Assembly: GCA_963724765.1 (NCBI GenBank)
Contig: CAVRVY010000004.1
Span: forward strand, 672,001 to 736,000
DNA length: 64,000 nucleotides
Direction of reading: 5' to 3'
DNA from: an uncultured delta proteobacterium
Lineage (GTDB): Bacteria > Desulfobacterota > Binatia > Binatales > Binataceae
The translations under genes and the position numbers were made by a program. A model generated the notes under the pieces. That model had not been told where the DNA came from, ran no database searches, and worked only from the letters and a program-made list of their open reading frames with translations. Below are positions 47,467 to 58,067 of the stretch, one piece after another. The first letter of the stretch is position 1. Every line of letters starts with the position of its first letter.

Positions 47467-48609
47467 TTAGCTATTCTGACGCGATGAAAAGTGGACTAGA
47501 AAAGTGCTGCCCTCGTTCTTGCGTGTTTGCACGGACACCTTCGCGCCGTTGAGCTCCAGGTAACGCTTCGCCACCGCCAGGCCCAGCCCCGCTCCTTCGA
47601 TCGATCCACCCTTTCTCTGCTCTCGCGAGAAGGGCTCGAAGAGCCGAGAAACAAAACTCGTATCCATACCGATTCCCGTGTCACTCACCTCGAGCGCGAG
47701 CCTGCTTTCGGCGTCTCTGAACAATCGGACCCCGATCGTTCCGCGTTCGGTGAATTTGATCGCATTGCTCAGCAGGTTCGACAGCATGTGAGTGAAGCAG
47801 TAGTCGTCGAATTCCAAAGTGCTCCCCGGAGCCTCGCTGCTCCAATTCAGAGCGAGGCCTTTTTGCTCCGCCAGCAGGTTGTAATCGTCGATGACTCTCT
47901 CGATGAGCGCGGTAGGATCGATCAGGACACGCCTCGCCTCAAAGGCTCCGGCATCTATTCGTGAGAGATCGAGCATCTGGTCGATGATGGAGGTCAAATG
48001 CGAGCCCGCGCGCTTGATCCCCAGGAGCGCCCGACGGTCCTCCACCTTCAGCGCGTCGAGTTGCTTCTCCAGGACCATGGCCCACGTGAGCATGGCCTGA
48101 ACCGGGCCGCGCAGCTCGTGGTTCGCTTCGGCGACCAGCCGCAGCTTCGAGTGCGTGGCTTCCACAGCGGTCTCGTCGTTCTCGAGCCGCGGTTCAGTAA
48201 GGCGCGATTCGGTGATGTCGCGGATAACTTTTGAAAAGCCGATCAGGCTTCCGTTCTCATCCTTGACCGCGGTGGTAACCACGTCAGCCAGAAACATCGA
48301 ACCATCTTTACGCACGCGCCATCCATTATCACGAAAATGCCCGGTGGCGGCGGCTATTTTGAGCGCGCGAATGGGGACCCCGCGTTCCCGGTCAGCCTCG
48401 GTATAAAAGCACGAAAAATGGCGTCCGACGATCTCTGTGGCCTCGTAACCTTGGATCCGCCGCGCCCCCTCGTTCCAGGTAACGATGTGCCCGGCGGGAT
48501 CGAGCACGAATATTGCGTAATCCGCTAGAGCCTCGACTAGCAGGCGAAATTGCCGCTCATGCGAGACCAAGCCCGACGCGGCCATTTGATATCCGTGTCC
48601 GCTAGTCAT
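47467..48609 (-). CDS. PAS sensor histidine kinase
   Basis: DYAIFVLDP.G.I.TWN.GA.RI.GY..GWRVRKDGS.F; NHELRGP; NAIKFT; GAGLGL. Confidence 0.92.
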   Translation of the reverse strand: MTSGHGYQMAASGLVSHERQFRLLVEALADYAIFVLDPAGHIVTWNEGARRIQGYEATEIVGRHFSCFYTEADRERGVPIRALKIAAATGHFRDNGWRVRKDGSMFLADVVTTAVKDENGSLIGFSKVIRDITESRLTEPRLENDETAVEATHSKLRLVAEANHELRGPVQAMLTWAMVLEKQLDALKVEDRRALLGIKRAGSHLTSIIDQMLDLSRIDAGAFEARRVLIDPTALIERVIDDYNLLAEQKGLALNWSSEAPGSTLEFDDYCFTHMLSNLLSNAIKFTERGTIGVRLFRDAESRLALEVSDTGIGMDTSFVSRLFEPFSREQRKGGSIEGAGLGLAVAKRYLELNGAKVSVQTRKNEGSTFLVHFSSRQNS

Positions 48610-48873
48610 AGGTTTTTTCAGCGTACGAAGGGATTCGTATGAGCGCTAAATTAAGATTAAGGATCGCGTGAGTCAATAAAAATTGGGGTCTTTTGTAATT
48701 TTTTATCAATCTGAAACAATTTCAAATAATAGACTTAAACAAGCTTTTAAGCAAGCTTTTATTAGCTTTACCATCATTCTGCTCTTCCTCAGGTAATTGC
48801 CGTTAAAAAAAAGGCCAAAGCCCCTCCTACGCGGTCGAAGCGGAAGTCATCATCACTTGGCCCATCGGCACGG

Positions 48874-51800
48874 ATGGCAGAGGCCGCGCCGAAATTTGCG
48901 CAATTTCCGATCGTCGGCATTGGCGCGTCGGCCGGCGGATTGGAGGCCTTCTCCCAACTTATCAGCATGCTGCCGGAGAATTGCGGGATCGCCGTAGTGT
49001 TCATCCAGCATCTGGACCCCACCCACGAGAGCATGCTTAGTGAAATTCTTTCCCGCAACACGCAAATTGCGGTGAGCGAGGCTACCGATCAGACCGCGGT
49101 TGAGCCCAATCATGTCTACGTCATTCCGGCCAATGCCGATCTTTCGATACGGCATGGCGAGCTGCAGGTAGGTGCTCGCAGGCCCGGACACACACCCATC
49201 GATTCCTTCCTTCGCGCGCTGGCCGAGGATCGCGCCGACCATGCGATTGGCGTTGTGTTGTCAGGAAACGGCTCAGATGGCGCCCTGGGAATTGCGGCGA
49301 TCAAGTCGGCCGGCGGCCTCACTTTCGCCGAGGATCCACGAGCGGCGAAGTTTGACGGCATGCCGCGGGCCGCGATCGCGCTGGGCGACGTCGATTTTGT
49401 GCTACCGCCTGCGGAGATTGGTCGAACGCTTGCGCTTATGGGCAGGGACCCGCTCGCGCTGCGGCACGCAGTGGAACAGGGAGAACTCCCGGATCGCGAC
49501 GGCCTATGGTCCGTACTAGAGGCGCTGAACCAGGCGACCGGAATCGATCTGTCCTATTACAAGCCGGCCAATCTCAACCGGCGCATTCGACGGCGCATGC
49601 TGCTGGGCCAAATTGCCGAGTTCAAGGATTACGCCAAGCTGCTGACAGACAACCCGGCCGAAGCCTTCGCGCTCAGCTAGGATATCATGATCGGCGTGAC
49701 CTCGTTTTTTCGCGATGGCGCTAACGTGGAGGGTCTCAGCGAATTTGTGTTTCCTCAGTTCCAGTTGTCGCCTGACGAGCCTATCAGGATCTGGGTACCA
49801 GGCTGCGCGACCGGAGAAGAAGCCTATTCGATCGCGATCTGTTTGAGCGAATTCCTGGAAAAACTCGGCCGTGACGATCCGTTTCAAATTTTCGCCACCG
49901 ACATAAACGATAACGCGGTCGAGCGAGCCCGCAGTGGAATTTACTCTTCCTCCATCGCAAGCGATGTATCGCCCGAACGCTTGCGGCGCTTCTTCATTCA
50001 GGTCTCGGGCGGTCACCAGGTTTCCAAGCAAATACGTGAGCACTGTATTTTCGCCGGGCATAATCTCGTAACCGACCCGCCGTTCTCCCGACTCGATCTG
50101 GTGTCCTGCCACAATGTGCTCATCTACCTGCGCCCGGAGATTCAAAGCCGGGTTCTCGCGACCTTCTATCAATCGCTCAAGCCGAACGGATTTCTTGCGC
50201 TCGCCCGCTCGGAGAGCGGGGGCGAACTGTTCTCGCAAATTGCCGAGCCCAAATACGGAATCTTTGCCAAGCGGCCGGAGGCTGTTCGCTTGGATAGCGG
50301 AGCCACTGTCGGAGGCCAGAGCTTTGCCCCAAGCCCGCCGCACCGTGGAGATCCTCCCGCCTCGCCGGCCCACGAGCGTTTGGAGAAGGAATTCGAGCGC
50401 GTCCTCCTCCAACGGTATTCACCGCCCGCAGTGCTGGTCGATGAAAACCTGGAGATTCAACAATTCCGCGGCAGCACCGGCGCCTTTCTTGAGCCTCCGG
50501 CCGGAAAGGCCACTCCCAACCTGATTAAAATGTCCAGGGAGGCTATCCGCACGGAATTGCAGACGTTGCTATATAGCTCCCGTCAACATAACAGACCCGC
50601 GCGTTGCGAAAACTTCGAATTCGACGACCACACCGGTCATCACAGGTCACTGACTATCGAGGCGCTCCCACTTAAGCTCTCGCACGGCGGGCGCCATTTC
50701 CTGGTCACGTTTGAGGAAACAACCGGCGTCCAAAGAGTGCGCGGCGGACGGCGCATTGAAAAAAAAGACGGCCGCAGGAGCGTTACCCGCGAGCATGAAT
50801 TGGCGACTGTGGGCAGTGAACTGGAGCGTGCGAAAGCTCAACTCCATTCCATAATCGAGGACCTTGAAGCCTCGAACCATCAGCTCAAAACCGCCAACGA
50901 GGAAGTCCTATCCACCAATGAGGAACTCCAGAGCATGAACGAGGAGCTCCAGACTTCCAAGGAGGAGTTGCAGTCCACCAATGAGGAACTGACCACGCTC
51001 AACGATGAACTGCAAAACCGCTACGCTGAACTCTCCCAGACTTCATCCGACCTCAACAATATATTGGGTAGCTTGAACGTGCCGATCCTGATCCTCTCGC
51101 GGGATCTGCGGATCAGGCGGTTTACTCCGACCGCGACCAGAGTACTCAATGTCATCGCGAGCGATATTGGGCGCCCAATCGGCGACATTACGTTGAATAT
51201 CCATTTGACCGGACTCGAATCGATGGTGGTCGATTCCATCGACAGCATCAGTGTCAGGGAATGCGAGGTTCAAGACCGCGAAGGGCACTGGTATGCAGTG
51301 CGAATCCGTCCCTACCGCACCCTGGATGACCGGATCGATGGCGCGGTCCTGGTAATGATCGATATTGATGATATCAAACGCAGCCTGGAACAGGCGCAGG
51401 CGGCGCGAGACTATGCCGAAGCCATTGTCGAGACGGTAGGCCAGCCGCTTCTGGTGCTTGACGCAGCCTTGACGGTGCGCACGGCCAACCACGCCTTCTG
51501 CGAGGTGTTTCAAACCACGACAGCCGAAATCGAAGGCCAGCGCATATCGCACGCGCAGGGCGGAGCATGGAACCTGCGGCCCTTGATGGAAACGCTCGCG
51601 AACGTGCGCAGCCAAGGGCAGCGCGTCGAAGATCTCGAGCTCGTTTGTCAATCGCCCCGCATGGGCGAACGGCAATTGCTGATCAGCGTTCGCCGCCTGG
51701 AGCAGGATCCATTGAGCGATCCGCTCATCCTGCTGGCGATCGAAGACGTCACGTTACGTCAGAGCGAAGCGCGGTTTCGATTGACCTTCGAACAGGCGGC

Positions 51801-53334
51801 GGTTGGCATGGCCTTGATCGACCCCGGCGGCCGCTGGCTCCGGCTCAACGAAAAACTCTGCGCGATTATTGGCTACTCGCGCGAAGAGCTGCTCAGCCGC
51901 ACGATCGACAACGTTATATATCCCGATGACCTCCCGTCGCATAGCCAGGAGATGGATAGACTACTGTCGGGCGAAAGCCGAGCCGCCCTGCGCGAAGAAC
52001 GCTACCTCCGCAAGGACGGTGCGATGGTCTGGGTCGAATCGGCGATCGTGTTGATGCGTGGGACGACGCGCGAAACTGGCTATTCTATTCTCGTGATGGT
52101 CGACATAACCGAGCGGAAGCGCGCTCAACAGAAGCTGGACGAACTGCTGGCCCTCGAACAGGCCGAGCGTCACGATGCCGAGCAGGCCAGGACCGAAGCC
52201 GAAGCAGCTAATCGCGCCAAAGATCATTTCCTGGCGATGGTATCTCATGAACTGAGATCGCCGCTCCAGGGTATCGTAGGGCGAGTGGAAATCATCCGGC
52301 GCGGAGTTGATTGCGAGCAATTGGAACAGGCCTTGTCCGCGATTGACCGTGGGGTGGAGAAGCAGGTCAGACTGGTCAAAGACCTGCTCGATATTTCGAG
52401 TATCGTCAGCGGCAGGGTCCAGATTGAGCATCGACTGGTGAGTCCCGTCCGGGTTGCGCAGCGCGCGGTCCAGGCCGCGACGCTGGCGGCTAAAGCGAAG
52501 CGGCTGGAGCTTAGCGCTGACTTACCCGACTGTGGCAATGTGCTCGGCGACGAAGATCGTCTGGAACAGGTTTTTAGCAATCTTTTGAGCAATGCGATCG
52601 AGTTCACACCAGAAGGCGGCACAATCAAGATGCAATGCGCATCCGCCGATGGCCATTTTGCGATCCGGATTCAGGATGATGGCGAGGGCATCGCGCCGGA
52701 GTTTATATCGAAAGTCTTTGACCGTTTCAGTCAGGCTGATCCTACCATCTCACGCCGCCACGGCGGCTTGGGGCTGGGACTCGCCATCGCCCGTACCTTG
52801 GTCGAACTGCACGGCGGGACAATCGAAGCGGCCAGTCCGGGGGTGGCCAAGGGCACGAGCATCACGGTAAAATTGCCGCTGGCGCCCGAACCCCTTAATG
52901 CGGTCGAAATGGATGGGAAGCCTGATTCGCCGAGCGAACCCGCGGACCTCCGCGAATTAGAGGTACTGCTCGTGGAGGACGACGCGGATTTGTTGGAAGC
53001 TCTGGCGGTCACCTTCCAGAGCGCGTCCGCCAGGGTGCGCATAGCGCGTTCGGCTGCGGAGGCGCTAGCCGTATTCGGCGAAAAGACTCCAGACGTGTTG
53101 ATAAGCGACATTGCGATGCCAGACCATGACGGACTTTACCTGGTTACTGAGATTCGCAAACTCCACGGCAAGGAAACTCCCGCCATCGCACTGACCGGGC
53201 TTGCCAGCGGCGTCGACCGACACGCCATCATGACCGCCGGCTTTGACGAATGCGTAAATAAGCCTACGTCGCCGCGGAAGCTTATCGAATTGGTAGCTTC
53301 ACTGGTGGGAAGACGCCGGCATCTGGCTGGATAA
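48874..53334 (+). pseudogene. CheB-CheR-coiled coil-PAS-HisKA-HATPase-REC fusion interrupted by an in-frame TAG (49678-49680)
   Basis: GASAGG/QHL/GSDG CheB triad; ALS*DIMIGVTSFFRD; RIWVPGCATGEEAYS; NEELQS heptads; PAS; SHELRSPL; REC; both ORFs in the same frame. Confidence 0.88.
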
Positions 53335-53508
53335 TCTCCTCCGCACTTTGCCGAAATCGGCAACAAATTCCATATTGGTCGATTTCTTTCCGGCCTTTTC
53401 CGAATCATATCTTAACCGCTCAATTGCCGCATGGGGTCCTGATTTGTAATTTTTCGCTCCTTCCAAGACCCACTTACGAATAGCTGGCGCCGCTGGCCAC
53501 TTTCAATC

Positions 53509-53524
53509 TGGCATGACAATTGAA
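53509..53524 (+). promoter_or_regulatory. sigma54-like promoter (variant -12)
   Basis: TGGCATGACAATTGAA (GA instead of GC). Confidence 0.45.
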
Positions 53525-53579
53525 GAGCTTGCTTCTTGTGATTGAGTCTACTGTCGACTACGCAAAGGAAACCAGACAC

Positions 53580-53927
53580 ATGAAAGTACACAAGATAGCT
53601 GCGGTCGCGGCAAGCGCGATACTGCTCGCGTTAGCTGGGTGCACCAAGCAAAACGTTTTAACCCATAAACTCGTAGCCACGGGCGGCGAGCATTCGGTAG
53701 CCCTCTATCCCGATGAAGCGACCTTCCTCAAGGTTTCGCATAAGGCACAACAAGGCGGAGTGAGCGGCATGGTGGGTAACGCGCAGGAGGACCTATCGGC
53801 AAAGAAGATCGAGGATCAGACTCCGGTCAACATCATCTCAAGTGATAGCAATGGTACCGAAGTCGAGATCGTTGAGGGTCCAATGAAAGGCACGGCGGGC
53901 TTCGTCGCGAGTCAGAACGTAAACTGA
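53580..53927 (+). CDS. Hypothetical lipoprotein
   Basis: AAGGA RBS, LAGC lipobox, C-terminal GPMKG..GFV SH3-like strand pattern. Confidence 0.7.
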   Translation: MKVHKIAAVAASAILLALAGCTKQNVLTHKLVATGGEHSVALYPDEATFLKVSHKAQQGGVSGMVGNAQEDLSAKKIEDQTPVNIISSDSNGTEVEIVEGPMKGTAGFVASQNVN

Positions 53928-54042
53928 TGCGGAACCGGCGGCATAGCGTCTGTGGTAATAAGCGACTTGTACTATTTGCATCGCTTGAAGTGTTATCAGC
54001 TTATCTGATCATCAGAAGGTGCGAGACAAGGCTACATTCTGC

Positions 54043-54058
54043 TGGCATGCCTGATGCG
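54043..54058 (+). promoter_or_regulatory. sigma54 -24/-12 promoter (DUF3309)
   Basis: TGGCATGCCTGATGCG. Confidence 0.6.
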
Positions 54059-54113
54059 ACGCCTTCTCACGACATCACATCAGCACATCACGCAATGATA
54101 GCGGGGATATACC

Positions 54114-54269
54114 ATGGCCAGAACTGTCTTAATCGTAATACTGATTCTCTTGCTACTCGGAGCACTGCCTGCTTGGCCTTATAGTGCAGGTTGGGGATAC
54201 TATCCCGCGGGAGGGTTAGGTGGGATCATCATACTTTTAATCATTCTCGCGCTGTTGGGTGTCATTTGA
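54114..54269 (+). CDS. DUF3309 family small membrane protein (not in ORF track)
   Basis: MARTVLIVILILLLLGALPAWPYSAGWGYYPAGGLGGIIILLIILALLGVI. Confidence 0.9.
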   Translation: MARTVLIVILILLLLGALPAWPYSAGWGYYPAGGLGGIIILLIILALLGVI

Positions 54270-54308
54270 GCGGTTCGACTGATGCGCGCGAAGTCGCTCA
54301 GACATGGC

Positions 54309-54324
54309 TGGCATACTGATTGCG
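54309..54324 (+). promoter_or_regulatory. sigma54 -24/-12 promoter (Gly-rich protein)
   Basis: TGGCATACTGATTGCG. Confidence 0.68.
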
Positions 54325-54372
54325 TCTTAATGATAATGATCACGAAGTTCATGATGAGGAGGAATATTTAAC

Positions 54373-54831
54373 ATGCGATGCTACAAACGCGCATCGGGTT
54401 TTATTGTCGGCGGCGCTCTCACAATCGCGCTTAGCGCGTTCGCTCCACTTGTTTATGCACAAGGCGCAGCAGGCGGCGGTGCTGGTGGCGGTGGTGCTGG
54501 TGCGGCTGGAGGGGCAATGGGTGGCGGCGGAGGTGCTGCCGGTGGCACGGGCAGCGGAACCATGGGGATGGGTGGAGGTGCAAACACCGGGACTGGCGCA
54601 ACTTCGCCCGGTAGCGGCGCTGTCCCGTCCACCGGCAACCCGGGTTCGGCCGCCGAGGGCTTTACAGGAAATGCCCCGACTACTTCAGCCCCAGGCGCTC
54701 CGACTGGTCCGGGCGCTGGCGGTTCCGGCATGGGCAGCATGAGAAGCAATCCGATCAACCCGTCCGGTCCGACGAATCCGAGCAATCCGGAATCCGGATC
54801 GTCGGCCGGTTCGAGCAGCAATAACCAATAG
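54373..54831 (+). CDS. Secreted Gly/Ser/Pro-rich low-complexity protein
   Basis: GAGGAGG RBS, signal peptide ending VYA|Q, disordered G-rich body. Confidence 0.75.
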   Translation: MRCYKRASGFIVGGALTIALSAFAPLVYAQGAAGGGAGGGGAGAAGGAMGGGGGAAGGTGSGTMGMGGGANTGTGATSPGSGAVPSTGNPGSAAEGFTGNAPTTSAPGAPTGPGAGGSGMGSMRSNPINPSGPTNPSNPESGSSAGSSSNNQ

Positions 54832-54879
54832 TTTGTTCGGTCAACCACTACAACGCAGGTAAGTCAGATTACTTTAGTA

Positions 54880-54965
54880 CGCCGGCGACATTTGCTGAGA
54901 CCCTCAACCATTGTCTATCCGACTCCCCCCCGGAGAGAGTGGCAGGTCAGGCATTGTCGCCGGCG
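54880..54965 (+). other. 11-bp stem, large C-rich loop hairpin
   Basis: CGCCGGCGACA...TGTCGCCGGCG. Confidence 0.55.
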
Positions 54966-55027
54966 ATTTCTCGGCCACGAAGTGAACAGTCAGATATCTG
55001 TGGTCGCACTTTCATAAGGGAATAACA

Positions 55028-55216
55028 ATGCATAGCCAGAAATTGCTCGTTTTGCTCGCCGCGCTATTTTTATTCTCCGGTTGCTGTGACCTGCTGGGAA
55101 TCTGCACGTCGGCCTCCATCCACACATCGATTTCCGCTCCAGACCAGAATGCGCTACAGGACAACCCTCCAGTGGTTCAGATCGCGCGCCGATCACTACA
55201 GAACTACGCACGGTGA
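55028..55216 (+). CDS. Small Cys-containing lipoprotein
   Basis: AAGGG RBS; FSGC lipobox then CDLLGIC. Confidence 0.6.
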   Translation: MHSQKLLVLLAALFLFSGCCDLLGICTSASIHTSISAPDQNALQDNPPVVQIARRSLQNYAR

Positions 55217-55283
55217 CATTTCAGTCTAGCCCTTGTGTCGGCGTATTAAGTCGACTGGGCACTTTGTGCTGGCAGGGGAATCT

Positions 55284-55772
55284 TTAGGGGTTTCCCGCTT
55301 CTTGGGGCTGATTTGACGTCGCTGGCGGCTTGGACACTTTGACTGGAGCCACGCCCTTGTGGGTGATGCCGATTTTTTCGGCGGCATGTTGAGAGAGATC
55401 GAGACTGCGGCCCGGAACGAAAGGGCCGCGGTCGTTGATTCGCACCTTTACTGCTTTTCCGTTTTCGGGGTTGGTAACCTTGACTACCGAGCCGATCGGG
55501 AGAGTCTTGGAAGCTGCGGTCAGTGCCTTCGGGTTGTAGGCTTCACCGCTGGTTGTCTTTTTGCCGGCCATACCCGGCCCATACCAGGATGCCTTAGCGA
55601 GATGGCTGACCGGAGTTGACGATGCGATCGGCCGGATCGGTTGTGCGACGATTGGCGCGGCCGGCGGTGCGGGTTCCGGGACGGATTGGGGAGCGCATGA
55701 TAGATAGATTGTCGAAGCTATTCCGACGACCATCGTGCTCAAGATTCGGGGCGCTAGGCTTCGGGTAAACAT
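55284..55772 (-). CDS. rlpA: Septal ring lytic transglycosylase RlpA family
   Basis: ASWYG..GKKT.SGE..LTAA..TLP.GS.V.VTN..NG..V.VRINDRGPF. Confidence 0.9.
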   Translation of the reverse strand: MFTRSLAPRILSTMVVGIASTIYLSCAPQSVPEPAPPAAPIVAQPIRPIASSTPVSHLAKASWYGPGMAGKKTTSGEAYNPKALTAASKTLPIGSVVKVTNPENGKAVKVRINDRGPFVPGRSLDLSQHAAEKIGITHKGVAPVKVSKPPATSNQPQEAGNP

Positions 55773-55792
55773 CAATCTTGCGCGCTCCGCAA

Positions 55793-55987
55793 TTACCTTA
55801 GCGGCGGGATACGTATAGGGATGTGCCCTACCAGCCCGAACACCTGTAAAACCCAGATCAATACAACTACGAACACCACTACGTTTAAAAGACTCTTGAT
55901 TCCGCCTGCCATCGGGACATAGGTATTCAGCAGCCACATTATCAACCCGACCACAATCAGCACTAGGACTATGTCGATTAAAGTCAT
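55793..55987 (-). CDS. Thivi_2564-like small membrane protein
   Basis: LIVVGLIMWLLNTYVPMAGGIKSLLNVVV..WVLQVFG. Confidence 0.82.
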   Translation of the reverse strand: MTLIDIVLVLIVVGLIMWLLNTYVPMAGGIKSLLNVVVFVVVLIWVLQVFGLVGHIPIRIPPLR

Positions 55988-56048
55988 ACTGTTATTAAGC
56001 CTTTGGCTGGTAACTTGACTGCCAGGATTTCCGAGCCCAGGTTCAAGT

Positions 56049-56300
56049 CTATCCTGCTATATAGTCACCGTTGTCGTCGCGAGTCAGTTCGGACAATCGT
56101 CGCTCGATTGCATCGACGGCTTGCTTCAGCGCAGTGATCATTTGGCCACTTGACGGCCCACCCCACAGCGCATCACCTCGAGCGAATGAAATCTCATTCT
56201 TAAGCCGTATCCTCTCCCATTGGCAGTACATAAGCGGCATGCTGGCGATTTTCTCGATTTCAGGGATCGCCACTTGTTGCGTTGCATTTAGCTCCCTCAT
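56049..56300 (-). CDS. Hypothetical protein
   Basis: GAGG RBS before ATG 56300; helical composition; may extend to 56465. Confidence 0.45.
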   Translation of the reverse strand: MRELNATQQVAIPEIEKIASMPLMYCQWERIRLKNEISFARGDALWGGPSSGQMITALKQAVDAIERRLSELTRDDNGDYIAG

Positions 56301-56531
56301 GTTATTGCCTCGCAATTCCTTCATAAGGAGGAAAAGAACAAGCAAACCCCATGCCCCGAGAGCCAACCCGGAAAATGCGTATGCTAATAACGGAAAAACT
56401 GACGCTCTATGATATCGGACTAGGCCTGTCGGTATTTTTTGCAGAGAACCGCAGAATTCTGACATTGCCGGTTGCGCTTGTTCCGCGGGGCCCGTATTGC
56501 TCCGAAGTGGCCAGATCTAAAAAGAGAATCT

Positions 56532-58028
56532 TCACTGAACGGGTGTCGGAGTTGCTCTCGGTGTCCGAACGGGCTTCGGCGGCGGAGTCGGAGTTGTGCT
56601 CGGTGCTCGAACGGGGGTCGGCGGCGGAGTCGTGCTCGGTGCTGGAACGGGGCTGGGCGGTGTCGGAGTTGTGCTCGGTGTTAGCGGTGTTGGAGTTGGG
56701 CTCGAAGCGGACGGCGTTGGAGTTGGGCTCGGTGTTGACGGTGTTGGAGTTGGGCTCGGCGTTGGAGCGGGGGTCGGCCGGATCCAGGCGGCCCCCGCAG
56801 GTACCCAGATTAGAGTCGCTGTTTGTCCTGCACAGGATTGGGCCATTTCACCAGTGGCTTTGAACTTCCCGCTCGCCGGGTCGTAAAGCTCAGCGCTGGC
56901 AAGTGATTTTGAGGTTGGGGTCCATCCGCCTGCGATCAGCACCCTGCCATCGGGCAGCAGCGTCGCGGAGTGTCCAAAGCGACTGACGCTCATGTGCACT
57001 GTTGTCACAAACCGCTGAGTGACTGGATCGTATATCACCGCTGAATTGTCGTCGTGTCCGCCGGCGATCAGCACGCGGCCATTCTTGAGCAACGTGGCTG
57101 TGTGACCGGCGCGGCTCACCTTCATCTTTGGCCCGGCTCTAAATGCCCCGGTCTTCTGGTCGTATAGTTCTGTGGTGTCTAGCGCTGAGCTCCTCGCATA
57201 TGGACTGCCGCCGACAATGATGACGCGCCCGTCAGGCAGCAGGGTGGCCGTGTGGTAGATGCGGTTCTGACGCATCCTGCCAGTCGGAGTGAACTTGGCG
57301 GTGGCCGGATCATAAAGTTCGGCCGGGCGCGGTCCGCCGCCGCAGATTAGAACCTTGCCATTGCGCAGTAGCGTCGCGGTTTGTCCATAGCGGCTCTCGG
57401 CCATCTCGCCAGTCGCGGCGAAGGTATGTTTTTTTGGATCATACAGTTCCGCGACGCTGTCACCGCCTCCCACGACCAGCACTTTGCCGTTCCTTAGCAG
57501 GGTAGCCGTGGGTTCGTCTCGCGGCGTTATCATTCTGGCCGTCGTGCTGAAATGTCCGTCGCGGGAATTCAGGATCTCAGCCGAGGAAAGAATCCATGGC
57601 ATCGCCGGACCGGGAAACGACACCAGGGGCACGAGCACCGTGTCGACCCCGCCGACAATCAGTACCTTGCCATCGGGCAGGATCGCTGCGGCGTGGCGGT
57701 CCCGATGCGCCGTCATTGGCTTGGCGAGTACGAATTTGCCGGCGGTGGGATCGTAAATTTGCGCGGTGTCCAGAACCGCCGGGCTCTCGCCGGTCGGAGC
57801 GTTTACCGTTCCCGTGCCGCCCGCGATCAAGACCACCGGTCTGAGGGTTGGGGTCGGTTTAGGCGTAGGGGTGGCCGGCGTAGGCGACGGGGTGGGCCTT
57901 CGCGCATGCCGCGCATGCCTCTTATGACGTGCCGCGTTGGCGCCTGAGATCGGGATCGCGAGTAGCACTGCCGCCGCGGCGAGAGACACCAGCCAAAGCA
58001 TGAGATTCGACCTGGCCGTGGCAGTCAT
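56532..58028 (-). CDS. Secreted kelch/galactose-oxidase-type beta-propeller with Pro/Thr-rich tails
   Basis: Signal peptide; about 7 HTATLL.DG.VLIAGG..AELYDP repeats; PTPS-rich C-terminus. Confidence 0.88.
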   Translation of the reverse strand: MTATARSNLMLWLVSLAAAAVLLAIPISGANAARHKRHARHARRPTPSPTPATPTPKPTPTLRPVVLIAGGTGTVNAPTGESPAVLDTAQIYDPTAGKFVLAKPMTAHRDRHAAAILPDGKVLIVGGVDTVLVPLVSFPGPAMPWILSSAEILNSRDGHFSTTARMITPRDEPTATLLRNGKVLVVGGGDSVAELYDPKKHTFAATGEMAESRYGQTATLLRNGKVLICGGGPRPAELYDPATAKFTPTGRMRQNRIYHTATLLPDGRVIIVGGSPYARSSALDTTELYDQKTGAFRAGPKMKVSRAGHTATLLKNGRVLIAGGHDDNSAVIYDPVTQRFVTTVHMSVSRFGHSATLLPDGRVLIAGGWTPTSKSLASAELYDPASGKFKATGEMAQSCAGQTATLIWVPAGAAWIRPTPAPTPSPTPTPSTPSPTPTPSASSPTPTPLTPSTTPTPPSPVPAPSTTPPPTPVRAPSTTPTPPPKPVRTPRATPTPVQ

Positions 58029-58067
58029 TTCTTTGCTCCGCGATGCGTCGTCGCACGCGGCCCATCG

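Noticed and set aside
49678-49680. Genome-wide TAG recoding
   Set aside because: TAG serves as the normal stop of several complete genes here (pyk 6362, Hsp20 9024, BON 10773, cytochrome 12926)
56535-56780. Tandem GGNGTNGG-type DNA repeats as an independent element
   Set aside because: Explained by the Pro/Thr/Ser tail of the kelch protein
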